This document shows positions 37,560 through 47,892 of a stretch of 64,000 bases of DNA, piece after piece. Source of the stretch: Acidimicrobiales bacterium (GTDB taxonomy: Bacteria; Actinomycetota; Acidimicrobiia; Acidimicrobiales; Aldehydirespiratoraceae); contig JAKMFW010000047.1 of the NCBI GenBank assembly GCA_022425325.1, positions 7,608 to 71,607 of the forward strand, read 5' to 3'. Below the pieces are notes generated by a model. The model had not been told where the DNA came from. It made no database searches and saw only the letters and a list, made by a program, of their open reading frames with translations. A program made the translations under genes and the position numbers. Position 1 is the stretch's first letter, and each line of letters begins with the position of its first letter.

Positions 37560-38591
37560 TCAGGCCCGGGCCAGCCACGCCTCGGCTCCGCTGAGCAGGT
37601 AGTCGATACCGTCCTGGGCATCGCCGTCGGCCGTGCCTTCCTGGTCGCCCATCGCGCCGGCTGCGTAGCGCACCCGTACCCCTTCGCTGATCGCAGCGAG
37701 TCGCCAATGCTGGAACGCGACGTACCACGGCAGGTTCGAGAGGTCGCGGTCGCTGCGCTCGGTGTAGCGAGCGATCATGTCCTCGGCGGAGCCGAAGCCG
37801 GGAGCTCGGGTAGGCACGTCGCCCAGACGACCGCGGGCGTCGGGATCATCGCCCCACCACATCACCATGCCTCCGAGGTCGGCGAGCACATCGCCCAAGG
37901 TGCAGAGTTCCCAGTCGAGCACTGCGGTGATCGTGCCGTCGTGGCCGGCCATGCAGTTGTCGAGGCGATAGTCGCCGTGCACGATGCCGGCACCCTGTTG
38001 GTCGGGGATGCTGCCCGAGAGACGGGCGTGCAGGTCATGGAACAGGGGGAGATCGCGATCGGATCCCTCGTCGATCTGGCGCTTCCAGCGGCGAAGCTGG
38101 CGGGCGCAGTAGTCCTCCGTCTTGCCGAGATCGCCGAGTCCGACGGAGGCCGGATCAAGGGCGTGAAGGTCGACGAGCGTGTCGACGAGTGACTCGGCGA
38201 GTTTGGCCCGGAGTTCCTCGGGATAGGCATGGCCGTCCTGGTGGTCGAACACGATCCGGCCATCGACGAAACCCATCACGTAGAAGTCGGCCCCGTTGAC
38301 ATCGGCGTCCTGACACAGGCCGATGGCGGGCGGCACCGGCACACCGGTGCCCTCGAGGGCAGCGATGATCCGGTATTCGCGAGACATGTCGTGCGCTGAT
38401 GCGAGAACGTGGCCGGTCGGTGGCCGCCGCAGGACCCACGTGCCGCCGGCGGTATCGGTCACCCGGAAGGTCAGGTTCGATGCGCCGCCGGTGATCAGTT
38501 CGAAGTCGAGAGGCCCGGCGAGGTCGGGGATGCGATCGGCCATCCAGGCGGTGACGTTGGCGGCGTCGATACCGGTGGGTTCGGGACTCAC
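37560..38591 (-). CDS. APH-family phosphotransferase (ACAD10 N-terminal-like)
   Basis: GGASNLTF, VLRRPP, AHDMSRE, VHGDYRLDN, VLDWELCTLGD. Confidence 0.92.
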   Translation of the reverse strand: MSPEPTGIDAANVTAWMADRIPDLAGPLDFELITGGASNLTFRVTDTAGGTWVLRRPPTGHVLASAHDMSREYRIIAALEGTGVPVPPAIGLCQDADVNGADFYVMGFVDGRIVFDHQDGHAYPEELRAKLAESLVDTLVDLHALDPASVGLGDLGKTEDYCARQLRRWKRQIDEGSDRDLPLFHDLHARLSGSIPDQQGAGIVHGDYRLDNCMAGHDGTITAVLDWELCTLGDVLADLGGMVMWWGDDPDARGRLGDVPTRAPGFGSAEDMIARYTERSDRDLSNLPWYVAFQHWRLAAISEGVRVRYAAGAMGDQEGTADGDAQDGIDYLLSGAEAWLARA

Positions 38592-39490
38592 GGGTTCGTC
38601 TGCTCCGAGGTGATGGGGGAGAGGGCCTCGAGAAGGCGCCAGTCGGGTTCGCCGCGAGTCTCCGGGTCGATGGGTTGGATACAGACGTGGCTTGCCCCGG
38701 CGTTGTAGTGGGCCTGGATGCGGTCGGCGATTGCGGCTTCGTCGCCCCAGGCCATGACGGCGTCGAGGAACCGAGGCGCGCGGTCGCTGATTTCGTCATC
38801 GGTGAAACCGAGTCGCTTCCAGTTGTTGCGGTAGTTCGGAAGGTCGGCGTACATGCCGAGCTGATCTTTGGTGGTGGCGTGGGCGAGGTCGGCGTCGGTA
38901 GTGAGAACACACTTCTGTTCGACACACAGCCAGGCGTCGGGGCCCATGATCTCGCGGGCCATGGCCGTGTGTTCCGGTGTGGTCCAGTACGGATGGGCGC
39001 CCTTCGTGCGTTCGGCAGCGAGTTCGAGCATCTTGGGTCCGAGGGCGGCGAGGACGACCGGCACTTCCTCGGCGGGCGGCACGGCCATGTAGAGCGAGGT
39101 GTCCATGTCGTCGAGGTAGGTGCGCATCGTCGTGAGGGGCTTCGAGTAGTCAAGCTTGCGGAGACCGGTGACGAGTGGTGCGTGGGAAACACCCATCCCG
39201 AGCACGAAGCGGCCTCCCGAGAGTTCGGCAAGCGATGCAGCTCCCTGCTTCATCATCCCGGGGTGGCGCATGTGGATGTTGGCGATACCGGTGGCGACGA
39301 CGAGATCGGTCGTCGATTCCAGAAGAAGGGTGGCGTTGACGAACGGGTCTCGGCCGACGGTGTCGGGGATCCAGAGCGCGGCGTAGCCGAGGGATTCGAT
39401 GCGGGCGGCGAGCTCTCGCGAGCGGCCGTGATCAAGGAGGTCAGTGAAGAACCAGACACCGGTGGTGCCGAGCTTTTGGTCGAGACTCAT
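38588..39490 (-). CDS. LLM class oxidoreductase, probably F420-dependent
   Basis: IESLGYAALW, VATGIANI, GRFVLGMGVSH, LAALGPKML, HPYWTTPEHT. Confidence 0.88.
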   Translation of the reverse strand: MSLDQKLGTTGVWFFTDLLDHGRSRELAARIESLGYAALWIPDTVGRDPFVNATLLLESTTDLVVATGIANIHMRHPGMMKQGAASLAELSGGRFVLGMGVSHAPLVTGLRKLDYSKPLTTMRTYLDDMDTSLYMAVPPAEEVPVVLAALGPKMLELAAERTKGAHPYWTTPEHTAMAREIMGPDAWLCVEQKCVLTTDADLAHATTKDQLGMYADLPNYRNNWKRLGFTDDEISDRAPRFLDAVMAWGDEAAIADRIQAHYNAGASHVCIQPIDPETRGEPDWRLLEALSPITSEQTNP

Positions 39491-39586
39491 GGCGGTCACA
39501 TTCGCAGTTGGTGTGGATACGCGCCAACCGCTCGGCGCTCAGATGCCCGAATGGCCGTGGCTGGCGGCGCCTGCGATCCTGTGGCC

Positions 39587-41179
39587 ATGACGCGTCAGCT
39601 CGACATGGTGATTGTTGGGGCCGGGTTCGCCGGGCTGTACATGCTGCACGAGGCTCGAACCCTGGGGCTCGAGACCGAGGTGATCGAGGCAGGCGACGGG
39701 GTCGGTGGCACCTGGTACTGGAACCGCTATCCGGGAGCCCGGTGCGACACACCCAGCATGGAATACAGCTATGGCTGGCATGAGGCGTTGCAGCAGGAGT
39801 GGGAGTGGTCGGAGAAGTACGCGACGCAGCCCGAGATTCTGGCGTACCTCGATCATGTCGCCGACCGATTCGATCTTCGTCGCGACATCACGTTTGGGAC
39901 GCGGGTTGAGGCGTGTTCCTTCGACGAGGCCACCGAACGTTGGACGGTGCGGTCGTCGAACGGTCAGGAGCGGATCACACGCTTTGTCGTCATGGCAACG
40001 GGTTGCCTGTCATCAGCGAACCTCCCCGCCATCCCGGGCCGCGACGATTTCGGTGGTCGGACCTTCCACACGGGCCGATGGCCACACGAGGGAGTCGACT
40101 TCGCCGGTCGTTGCGTGGCGGTGATCGGCACGGGAAGTTCCGGAGTGCAGTCGATCCCGTTGATCGCCGAGCAGGCTGATCAGGTCATCGTGTTCCAGCG
40201 CACACCGTCGTACGCCGTACCGGCTCACAACGAGCCGCTCGACCCGGAGCAGGTTGCGGCGATCAAGGCCGACTATGTCGAGTGGCGCAAGACGGCGCGT
40301 GACACCAGCACCGGCTTCGGTGGCCATATGGCGCGCCTAGACCGCAGCGCGATGGACGTGTCGGAGGAGGAGCGCCGGGCCACCTACGACGCTCGGTGGG
40401 AGATCGGCGGCCTGTTCTTTCTCGGCTCGTTCAACGACCTGCTGCTGAACCCCGAATCCAACGCGACGGCGGCCTCGTATGTCCGTGCGCGCATCGCCAA
40501 GATCGTCGACGATCCGGAGACGGCAGCGATGCTGAGTCCCGACACGACCATCGGCTGCAAGCGGCTGGTGGTCGACACCGACTACTTCCGCACCTTCAAC
40601 CGGTCGAACGTCTCGTTGGTCGACGTGTCGGCGACGCCCGTCGAGCAGATCACCGAGACGGCGGTCGTCGTCGACGGACTGCACCACCATGTCGACGACA
40701 TCGTGTTCGCCACCGGTTTCGATGCGATGACCGGCTCGCTCGACCGGATCGACATCACCGGCCGAGGCGGTCGGACCCTGCGCGACGCGTGGTCGGCGGG
40801 TCCGACGACCCTTCTGGGGCTTCAGGTGGCGGGTTTCCCGAACCTGTTCACCGTCACCGGCCCCGGCAGCCCGTCGGTGCTCACCAACATGGTCGTGTCG
40901 ATCGAGCAGCACGTCGAGTACATCCGTGATGTGATCTCGTCGCTCGATGCTGAGGGTCTGTCGACCATCGAGGCCACCGAGGAGGCGCAGGCCGAATGGG
41001 TGGCGTGGGTAAACGCGGTCGCCGGACTGACACTCTTCCACGGATGCAGCAGTTGGTACCTGGGCGCGAACGTCCCGGGAAAGCCGCGGGTCTTCATGCC
41101 ATTGCCGGGATTTGTCGATTACAAGACCCACTGTGATGCCGTCGCCGCGGAGGGCTACCCCGGCTTCGTGCGGGCCTGA
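39587..41179 (+). CDS. Baeyer-Villiger monooxygenase (PAMO/CHMO-like)
   Basis: [44 protein letters not shown]. Confidence 0.95.
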   Translation: MTRQLDMVIVGAGFAGLYMLHEARTLGLETEVIEAGDGVGGTWYWNRYPGARCDTPSMEYSYGWHEALQQEWEWSEKYATQPEILAYLDHVADRFDLRRDITFGTRVEACSFDEATERWTVRSSNGQERITRFVVMATGCLSSANLPAIPGRDDFGGRTFHTGRWPHEGVDFAGRCVAVIGTGSSGVQSIPLIAEQADQVIVFQRTPSYAVPAHNEPLDPEQVAAIKADYVEWRKTARDTSTGFGGHMARLDRSAMDVSEEERRATYDARWEIGGLFFLGSFNDLLLNPESNATAASYVRARIAKIVDDPETAAMLSPDTTIGCKRLVVDTDYFRTFNRSNVSLVDVSATPVEQITETAVVVDGLHHHVDDIVFATGFDAMTGSLDRIDITGRGGRTLRDAWSAGPTTLLGLQVAGFPNLFTVTGPGSPSVLTNMVVSIEQHVEYIRDVISSLDAEGLSTIEATEEAQAEWVAWVNAVAGLTLFHGCSSWYLGANVPGKPRVFMPLPGFVDYKTHCDAVAAEGYPGFVRA

Positions 41180-41202
41180 TCAGGTTCCCTCAGGTTGGTG
41201 CG

Positions 41203-42450
41203 TCAGCCGAAGGCGCCGCCGGCGCGCAGCGCGGCGATGTCGTCGGCGGACTTGCCGAGCACCTCGGTCATCACCTGATCGGTGTTCTCGCCGACCTCGG
41301 GCGCCATGGTCGGACACGGCGGGAGCTCGCCGTTGACGTAGGCGGGGAGCGGTAGCTGCTCGCATCCGAGGGCGTCGGCCGGGTAGAAGTCCATTCGAGC
41401 CTTGAAGTGCGGATCGTCACCGATGTTCTTGGTGGTGTTGACCGGAGCGATCGTGGTGACCCACTCCTCGGAGAAGGCCAGCCACTCCTGACAGGTCTTG
41501 GTCTTGAACACCGCCTGTAACTCCCGCTGGAGTTCGACGTTGCCCTTGGCGTGGTCGGCGTACTTCGCGCCTGGATACGCCTCGAAGAGATCCATGCGGT
41601 CGACCCCCTCGCAGAAGTTCTTCCAGAAGGCCTGCTCGCTCGCCATGAACAACACATGGCCGTCACTGGCCTCGTACATCTGATAGCGCACGCCCTCCCA
41701 CATGCCGGCCAGGCCGGCGGGGCGCCGCTCGTAGTTGTCGGCCGGGTTGCCGGTGACCTCGTCTTCCGGGCGCAGGTACGCCCGCTCGGTCTCGATGCGA
41801 TACCAGTCCATATAGGCGGCAGCATCTGACTGGGCGAACTCCATCTCGCACCCGACCCCGGTCTCGCGGGCCTTGATGATGCCGGCGAGGATGCCCATCG
41901 CGGCGACCATCGGGCCGACGTTGATGCCGACGTTCGGCATGTCCTTGGGGATGCGGGTGAAGCCGTCGTCGTCGGTGACGGGTTGCACGATGCCGGCCCA
42001 GGTGTCGTAGGCGATGCCGTGGCTCGGCATGTCTCGGTAGGGGCCGGTGGAGCCGTATCCCGACAGGGTGGCGAACACGATCGATGGATTGATCTCCTTG
42101 AGCACGTCGTAGCCGAGCCCGAAGCTCGCAAGTGCACCGGGCTTTTGGGCCTCGACGACCACGTCGGCGGTGGCGACGAGTTCCTTGTAGAGCGTCTTGC
42201 CCTCCTCGGTTTTGAGGTTGAGCGTGATGCTCTTCTTGCCGCGATGGGTGTGGAGGTGCAGCAGGGAGGTTCCCTCGATGATCGGCCAGGTCATCTGCCG
42301 GATGTAATCACCGGCCGGGGACTCGACCTTGATGACGTCGGCCCCGAGGTCGGCGAAGAAGGTGGCGACATGGCCGGGGCCAAGCAAACTTGACTCAATT
42401 ACTCGGATATTGCTGAGGAGCCCCTCGGCGCCGCTCGTAGGGTTGATCAC
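41203..42450 (-). CDS. CaiB/BaiF family III CoA transferase
   Basis: LSNIRVIE, LGADVIKVESP, GKKSITLNLK, SGYGSTGPY. Confidence 0.92.
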   Translation of the reverse strand: MINPTSGAEGLLSNIRVIESSLLGPGHVATFFADLGADVIKVESPAGDYIRQMTWPIIEGTSLLHLHTHRGKKSITLNLKTEEGKTLYKELVATADVVVEAQKPGALASFGLGYDVLKEINPSIVFATLSGYGSTGPYRDMPSHGIAYDTWAGIVQPVTDDDGFTRIPKDMPNVGINVGPMVAAMGILAGIIKARETGVGCEMEFAQSDAAAYMDWYRIETERAYLRPEDEVTGNPADNYERRPAGLAGMWEGVRYQMYEASDGHVLFMASEQAFWKNFCEGVDRMDLFEAYPGAKYADHAKGNVELQRELQAVFKTKTCQEWLAFSEEWVTTIAPVNTTKNIGDDPHFKARMDFYPADALGCEQLPLPAYVNGELPPCPTMAPEVGENTDQVMTEVLGKSADDIAALRAGGAFG

Positions 42451-42569
42451 AACGTCCTCCGGCCATGTTCCTGACGGTCCGTCAGAAACTAGCCGGGGGA
42501 ATTCCCGGCAGCACGTTCAGGTTCTCCTGACTGGTGTGGGAGCCTTTACCCGTCGGAAGGTCATCGCTC

Positions 42570-43940
42570 ATGGAGATTCACGACTCGGTCCTTGACCTGA
42601 TCGGCAACACGCCGCTGGTCAACCTGAAACAGGTGGCGAAGGACAAGCCCTGCAAGGTCGTCGTCAAAGCCGAGATGACCAACCCCGGTGGGTCGTCGAA
42701 GGATCGTCCGGCGGTCAGCATGATCGACCACGCCGAGCGCGAAGGCCTGCTCAAACCCGGCGGCACGATCGTCGAACCGACATCGGGCAACACCGGTGTC
42801 GGCCTTGCGATCGTGGCAGCCCAGCGCGGGTACAAGTGTGTCTTCGTCATGACCGACAAGGTCGCCCCCGAGAAGGTCGACCTGCTGCGGGCCTACGGCG
42901 CCGAGGTCGTCGTCTGCCCCGTCGCCGTCGCTCCCGACGATCCGCAGTCGTACTACTCCACCGCCGAGCGACTCGTGAACGAAATCCCCGGGGCGTACCG
43001 TCCGAATCAGTACTTCAATCCGACCAACCCGCTGGCCCATTACGAGTCGACCGGCCCGGAGATCTGGCGACAGACCGACGGCACTGTCACGCACTTCGTC
43101 GCCGGCGGCGGCACCGGCGGCACCCTCTCGGGTGTCAGCCGCTATCTGAAAGAGCAGAACCCAGCGATCCAGGTGATCTGCGCCGATCCCGAGGGGTCGG
43201 TGTACTCCGGTGGCTCGGGCCGCCCGTACCTGGTCGAAGGCGTCGGTGAGGACTTCTGGCCGACGACGTATCACCCCGACCTGATCGATCGGGTCATTCC
43301 GATCAGCGACGCCGACTCCTTCGCGATGGCTCGCCGAGTCAGCCAGGAGGAGGGCTTGTTGATCGGTGGTTCGTGCGGCACGGCGGTCGCTGCAGCGCTG
43401 CAAGTCGCCGACGAATGCACTCCCGACGACCTCATCGTCGTGCTCACGCCCGACTCGGGTCGTGGCTACCTCTCCAAGGTCTTCAACGACGACTGGATGG
43501 GCGGCTTCGGCTTCTTGCGAGCCGACGGCCCGGTCGTCTCCGACATCATCGATCGACGAAACACCGACGTTCCCGAACTGCTCTATGTGCAGCCCCACTT
43601 GAAGGTCAGCGAAGCGGTGGCGATTATGCGTGACAACGGCGTGTCGCAGTTGCCGGTCGGCAAGGGCGAGATGCCGCTCGCCGCCGCCGAGATCGCCGGC
43701 TCGGTTTCCGAACTGCGCCTGATGGAACTCGCCTTCGAGACCGACGCCGTCCTCGACAAGACCGTCGAGGACGTCATGGCGTCGCCGTTGCCCACCATCG
43801 GTGCCGGCCAACCCGTCGCCCTTGCGGTCGAGATGCTCGAGTCGTGCTCCGCAATGCTTGTGCTCGACGGCGGCCGCCCCCGAGCGGTCGTCTCCTCGAC
43901 CGACGTCCTCAACTTCCTCTCCGACGCCCAGGGAGCCTGA
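42570..43940 (+). CDS. cbs: Cystathionine beta-synthase with C-terminal CBS domains
   Basis: IGNTPLV, NPGGSSKDR (PLP Lys), EPTSGNTG, GTGGT, PDSGRGYLSK, CBS pair. Confidence 0.93.
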   Translation: MEIHDSVLDLIGNTPLVNLKQVAKDKPCKVVVKAEMTNPGGSSKDRPAVSMIDHAEREGLLKPGGTIVEPTSGNTGVGLAIVAAQRGYKCVFVMTDKVAPEKVDLLRAYGAEVVVCPVAVAPDDPQSYYSTAERLVNEIPGAYRPNQYFNPTNPLAHYESTGPEIWRQTDGTVTHFVAGGGTGGTLSGVSRYLKEQNPAIQVICADPEGSVYSGGSGRPYLVEGVGEDFWPTTYHPDLIDRVIPISDADSFAMARRVSQEEGLLIGGSCGTAVAAALQVADECTPDDLIVVLTPDSGRGYLSKVFNDDWMGGFGFLRADGPVVSDIIDRRNTDVPELLYVQPHLKVSEAVAIMRDNGVSQLPVGKGEMPLAAAEIAGSVSELRLMELAFETDAVLDKTVEDVMASPLPTIGAGQPVALAVEMLESCSAMLVLDGGRPRAVVSSTDVLNFLSDAQGA

Positions 43941-43943
43941 ACC

Positions 43944-45110
43944 ATGGCCGATGACCTTTTCGCCGATGCCGAGATGTTCGGCTTCGAGACCCGTGCGATC
44001 CGGGCCGGTCAGCGTCACGACCCCACCAGCGGTGCGGTCGTGACACCGATCTCGCTCGCCACGACCTTCGTGCAAGAAGAGCCCGGAGTCCACAGGGGCT
44101 ATGAGTACTCACGAACCAACAACCCGACCCGCCAGGCGCTCCAGGAATGCCTCGCGTCGCTGGAGGGTGCCGCCCACGGCCTGGCCTTCGCCTCAGGCAT
44201 GTCGGCCGAGGACACGCTGTTGCGCACGCTGTCGCCAGGCGACCACATCGTGCTCGGAAATGATGCCTACGGCGGCACGTTCCGACTCATCTCAGCTGTG
44301 CTCGCCCCGATGGGCTTCGCATGGACCGCTACAGATCTCACCGACCCCGATGCCCTTCGGGCCGCGATGCGGCCCGAGACCAAGATCGTGTGGGCCGAGA
44401 CGCCGACCAACCCATTGTTGACCGTCGTCGACATCGCGGCGATCGCCGAGATCGTTCACGAAGGCGACGCCCGTCTCGTCGTCGACAACACGTTTGCCAC
44501 CCCGTATCTCCAGCAGCCGCTGAGCCACGGCGCTGACGTCGTCGTGCACTCGACTACCAAGTACTGCGGCGGTCACTCCGATGTGGTTGGCGGTTTCCTC
44601 GCCACCAACGACACCGAGCTGTCCGATCGTCTGGCCTATCTGCAGAACGCCATCGGCGCCGTGGGATCACCCTTCGACAACTACCTCACGCTGCGGGGTC
44701 TCAAGACGCTCGCCGTGCGGATGGACCGCCACTGCGAGAACGCCCGTGCCGTCGTTGAGCTCCTGCAGGGCCACGACAAGGTCACCCATGTGCTCTACCC
44801 GGGCCTGTTCGACCACCCCGGGCACGACGCTGCCGCCCGGCAGATGAAGGACTTCGGTGGCATGGTCTCGTTCCGAGTCGACGGCGGCGCCGATGCCGCA
44901 ATGCGGCTCACCACCACGACGCAGGTGTTCTCGCTCGCCGAATCGCTCGGTGCCGTCGAGTCCCTGATCGAGCACCCTGGCGTGATGACCCACGCGTCCG
45001 CCGCCGGGTCCGAACTCGAGGTCCCAGCCGATCTGGTGCGGCTCAGCGTCGGGATCGAGTCGACGCGAGACATTCTCGACGATCTCGGTGAGGCACTCGA
45101 TCGGCTCTGA
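43944..45110 (+). CDS. metB: Cystathionine gamma-synthase/gamma-lyase
   Basis: [39 protein letters not shown]. Confidence 0.9.
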   Translation: MADDLFADAEMFGFETRAIRAGQRHDPTSGAVVTPISLATTFVQEEPGVHRGYEYSRTNNPTRQALQECLASLEGAAHGLAFASGMSAEDTLLRTLSPGDHIVLGNDAYGGTFRLISAVLAPMGFAWTATDLTDPDALRAAMRPETKIVWAETPTNPLLTVVDIAAIAEIVHEGDARLVVDNTFATPYLQQPLSHGADVVVHSTTKYCGGHSDVVGGFLATNDTELSDRLAYLQNAIGAVGSPFDNYLTLRGLKTLAVRMDRHCENARAVVELLQGHDKVTHVLYPGLFDHPGHDAAARQMKDFGGMVSFRVDGGADAAMRLTTTTQVFSLAESLGAVESLIEHPGVMTHASAAGSELEVPADLVRLSVGIESTRDILDDLGEALDRL

Positions 45111-45176
45111 GCCGTGACCGACTGCTGAACGCTTCGTCATACATTCCTCACATCCTTGGCCGATGGTCAGGATGTG

Positions 45177-46463
45177 ATGCAGTTCAACTCGACTCGAGAA
45201 CAGGTCGCCTTCCTGGCTCGCCGGGCAACGTGGGGTCTTGCGCCCGGCGAACTCGATGTGCTCGAGTCGCTCGGCGTGGCCGCGACGATCGACCGACTCG
45301 TCGATCCATCGTCGGCCAGTCTCGGAGAAGAGGCCTCGGCGTGGGCTGACTGGAACTTCGTGTACGACCGGTCGGACCGGAAGGCGAGACGGCAACAGGA
45401 CATGGAGGCGTTTGAGCGCTGGATGGGACGCCTGCTCAGCACGGAGCGACCGCTCGACCATCAGCTCGCGTGGTTCTGGCACGACCACTTCGCCGTGTCG
45501 ATGCAGGTCGTACGGCATCTGCCGGCGATGCTCGCTCACCTCGACCTCTGTTGGTCGCTCGGCCGGGGCGATGTTCGGGCGCTGATCCGCCAGGTCACGA
45601 CCGATGCCGCGATGCTCGTCTTTCTTGATGGTGCGACCAGCAAAGGAACCGCTCCGAACGAGAACTTCAGCCGGGAACTGCTGGAGCTGTACACGGTCGG
45701 TGTCGGCAACTTCACCGAAGCCGATGTCAAGGCTGCAGCCGCCGCACTCACCGGCTGGGTCGTCCGTCGCCGTGACGGTTGGAAGGTGCGCTTTGTGCCT
45801 GCCCGCCATGACGACACACCGCAGACCCTGCTCGGTGTCGACGGCGTGCTCGACGCCGACACCACCATCGCCGCAGCGACGAGCAGTCCGGCATGTCCGG
45901 TCTTCCTCGCGTCGAAGCTCGGCCGGTACCTCCTTGGCGACATCGACGACGCAACGGTCCTCGCGTTGGCAGCAACGTTCTCCAACGCGGATCTCGACAT
46001 CTCCGCGCTCGCTCGGGCGACACTCGGCGCTGGTGTCGGTGGGACTGCGACGCCAACCGTTCTTGCGCCGCTGCCGTGGCTGCTCCAGGCGATCAAGGCC
46101 ACCGGTGCCCGCGTGTCGACCGCCGAGTTGGCCAACACGCTTCGCAGCATGGGCCAGTTGCCCGGCAGCCCGCCGAACGTCGGGGGCTATCCCGGTGCGG
46201 CGACCTGGTTGGCGTCATCGGCCACTGCGGCCCGCTTCTCGGCGGCAATCGACGTTGCCCGAGCGACACCCGACGAGGCTCCTGCGCTTGCGGCGGCCCG
46301 GGCGGGCGACTGGCCTGGGCTGGCCGACCTGTTCATGCGTCCGGCCGGCTTTTCGGACGCCACCATGACCGCCCTCGAGGACCTCAAATCGTCCGTGTCT
46401 GCCCGACCCGGTGAGGGAGCGCTTGCCCTTGCGCTTGCTTCGCCTGACCTGTTGATCGCCTAG
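45177..46463 (+). CDS. DUF1800 family protein
   Basis: WFWHDHFA, DAAMLVFLD, PNENFSRELLELYTVG, PPNVGG. Confidence 0.9.
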   Translation: MQFNSTREQVAFLARRATWGLAPGELDVLESLGVAATIDRLVDPSSASLGEEASAWADWNFVYDRSDRKARRQQDMEAFERWMGRLLSTERPLDHQLAWFWHDHFAVSMQVVRHLPAMLAHLDLCWSLGRGDVRALIRQVTTDAAMLVFLDGATSKGTAPNENFSRELLELYTVGVGNFTEADVKAAAAALTGWVVRRRDGWKVRFVPARHDDTPQTLLGVDGVLDADTTIAAATSSPACPVFLASKLGRYLLGDIDDATVLALAATFSNADLDISALARATLGAGVGGTATPTVLAPLPWLLQAIKATGARVSTAELANTLRSMGQLPGSPPNVGGYPGAATWLASSATAARFSAAIDVARATPDEAPALAAARAGDWPGLADLFMRPAGFSDATMTALEDLKSSVSARPGEGALALALASPDLLIA

Positions 46464-46469
46464 GAGCCG

Positions 46470-47813
46470 ATGATGCCGATCTCTCGCCGCGCCTTTCTCG
46501 GTGGTGCCGCCGGCGCCGCTGCCGCCGGGGGTAGTGCATGGGCCGCACTCCTGCGCGACAGCCTGGAGGCCGCCGCCCCCGCAGTTCGTCCTTCGCCGAC
46601 CACCACCCGTGCCCCGGTCACGACGACCACGGCCGCAGCGGCCGAGGCGGTTGCTTCGTCCTCGGCTCGCCTGCCCGTCACCGAGCGAGTCCTGGTCGTG
46701 TTGGAGATGGACGGTGGCAACGATGCCCTCAACACGCTTGTTCCCGCCGTTGGCCGCTACCACGACGCCAGGCCCGAAATCGGATTGTCGGATGGCCAAC
46801 TCGTTACGCTCACCGGAGCGGAGTACGGGCTGCATCCGGCCCTCGCTGGCCTGACGCCATTCTGGGAGGCGGGCACGATGAGCGCCATTGCCGGGGTGGC
46901 GATGCCGCAACAGTCGCGTTCGCACTTCACGGCCAAGGATGCCTGGTGGTCCGGTGTCGGCGGTGCGCCGTCACAAACCGGTTGGCTCGGGCGTTGGCTT
47001 GATCTCAGCCTCGACGCCGAACGCAACGGTGTCGACGATCCGCTGCGAGCCATCGCGCTCGGTGGCGGAAGTCCGGCACTCGTCGGCGCGCAGACGACGG
47101 CCACCGCCATTCGCGACCCGGCCGCCTTCACCCTCGCAACGGGTCCCGGCGTGGACGAAGGTGGCCTGGTGGAAGCATTCCTCGCGACGGCGTCCGCCCT
47201 GAATGCCGAACCGACGCTGGCCGCCGCGCAGCAGGCGATTCCGGGCACGCTCGACGCCGTCGCCCTGCTTGCCGCAGCCGCCGACAGCGAGAATCTCTCG
47301 GCCTACGAGAATCCCACCCCGGGAGCCGGCCGGACGGCGGTCGACCTGTTGTCGACTGCCGCGAACATCATTGCGATGGGAATCGGCACCCGTGTCCTCA
47401 CGGTCGGGGTCAGAGGTTTTGACACCCACGCCGACCAAGTCGAGAACCATCAGGCGTTGCTCCAGGACCTCGCCAGCGGGCTTGCATCGTTCTTCACCGC
47501 GCTCGAGGCCTCGGGTGATCTCGACCGGGTGATGGTCATCACTACAAGTGAGTTCGGACGACAGATCGCAGAGAACGGATCGGCGGGCACTGACCATGGC
47601 AAGGGTGGCCTGCAGTTCATCTTCGGCCCAACGGTCACCGGAGGCATCGTGCACGGCGGCTATGACCTCGGTGCGCTCGACGATGGCGGCGTGCCGCCTG
47701 CGGTCGACACCCGCTCGGTGTACCGGTCGGCGCTCGAGTGGTTGGGTGGGCCGGGTGGTGCCGATGGCGTCTTCGAGGAAGATCCTGCGGTCCTGGGACT
47801 CCTCACGGCCTGA
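46470..47813 (+). CDS. DUF1501 family protein with Tat signal
   Basis: SRRAFLG, GGNDALN, GLHP, RSHF, GFDTH, SEFGR, GTDHG. Confidence 0.9.
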   Translation: MMPISRRAFLGGAAGAAAAGGSAWAALLRDSLEAAAPAVRPSPTTTRAPVTTTTAAAAEAVASSSARLPVTERVLVVLEMDGGNDALNTLVPAVGRYHDARPEIGLSDGQLVTLTGAEYGLHPALAGLTPFWEAGTMSAIAGVAMPQQSRSHFTAKDAWWSGVGGAPSQTGWLGRWLDLSLDAERNGVDDPLRAIALGGGSPALVGAQTTATAIRDPAAFTLATGPGVDEGGLVEAFLATASALNAEPTLAAAQQAIPGTLDAVALLAAAADSENLSAYENPTPGAGRTAVDLLSTAANIIAMGIGTRVLTVGVRGFDTHADQVENHQALLQDLASGLASFFTALEASGDLDRVMVITTSEFGRQIAENGSAGTDHGKGGLQFIFGPTVTGGIVHGGYDLGALDDGGVPPAVDTRSVYRSALEWLGGPGGADGVFEEDPAVLGLLTA

Positions 47814-47892
47814 CGCAGGAAAGCGGAGTGATCCTCGATCGTGAAGCGACTCGCGGACGGCTCGCCCAGGTGAAGGTGGGTGTCCGGCCCGA

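Noticed and set aside
38675-39586. Apparent 834-aa BVMO fusion
   Set aside because: The extension is antisense to the LLM oxidoreductase; the real start is 39587.
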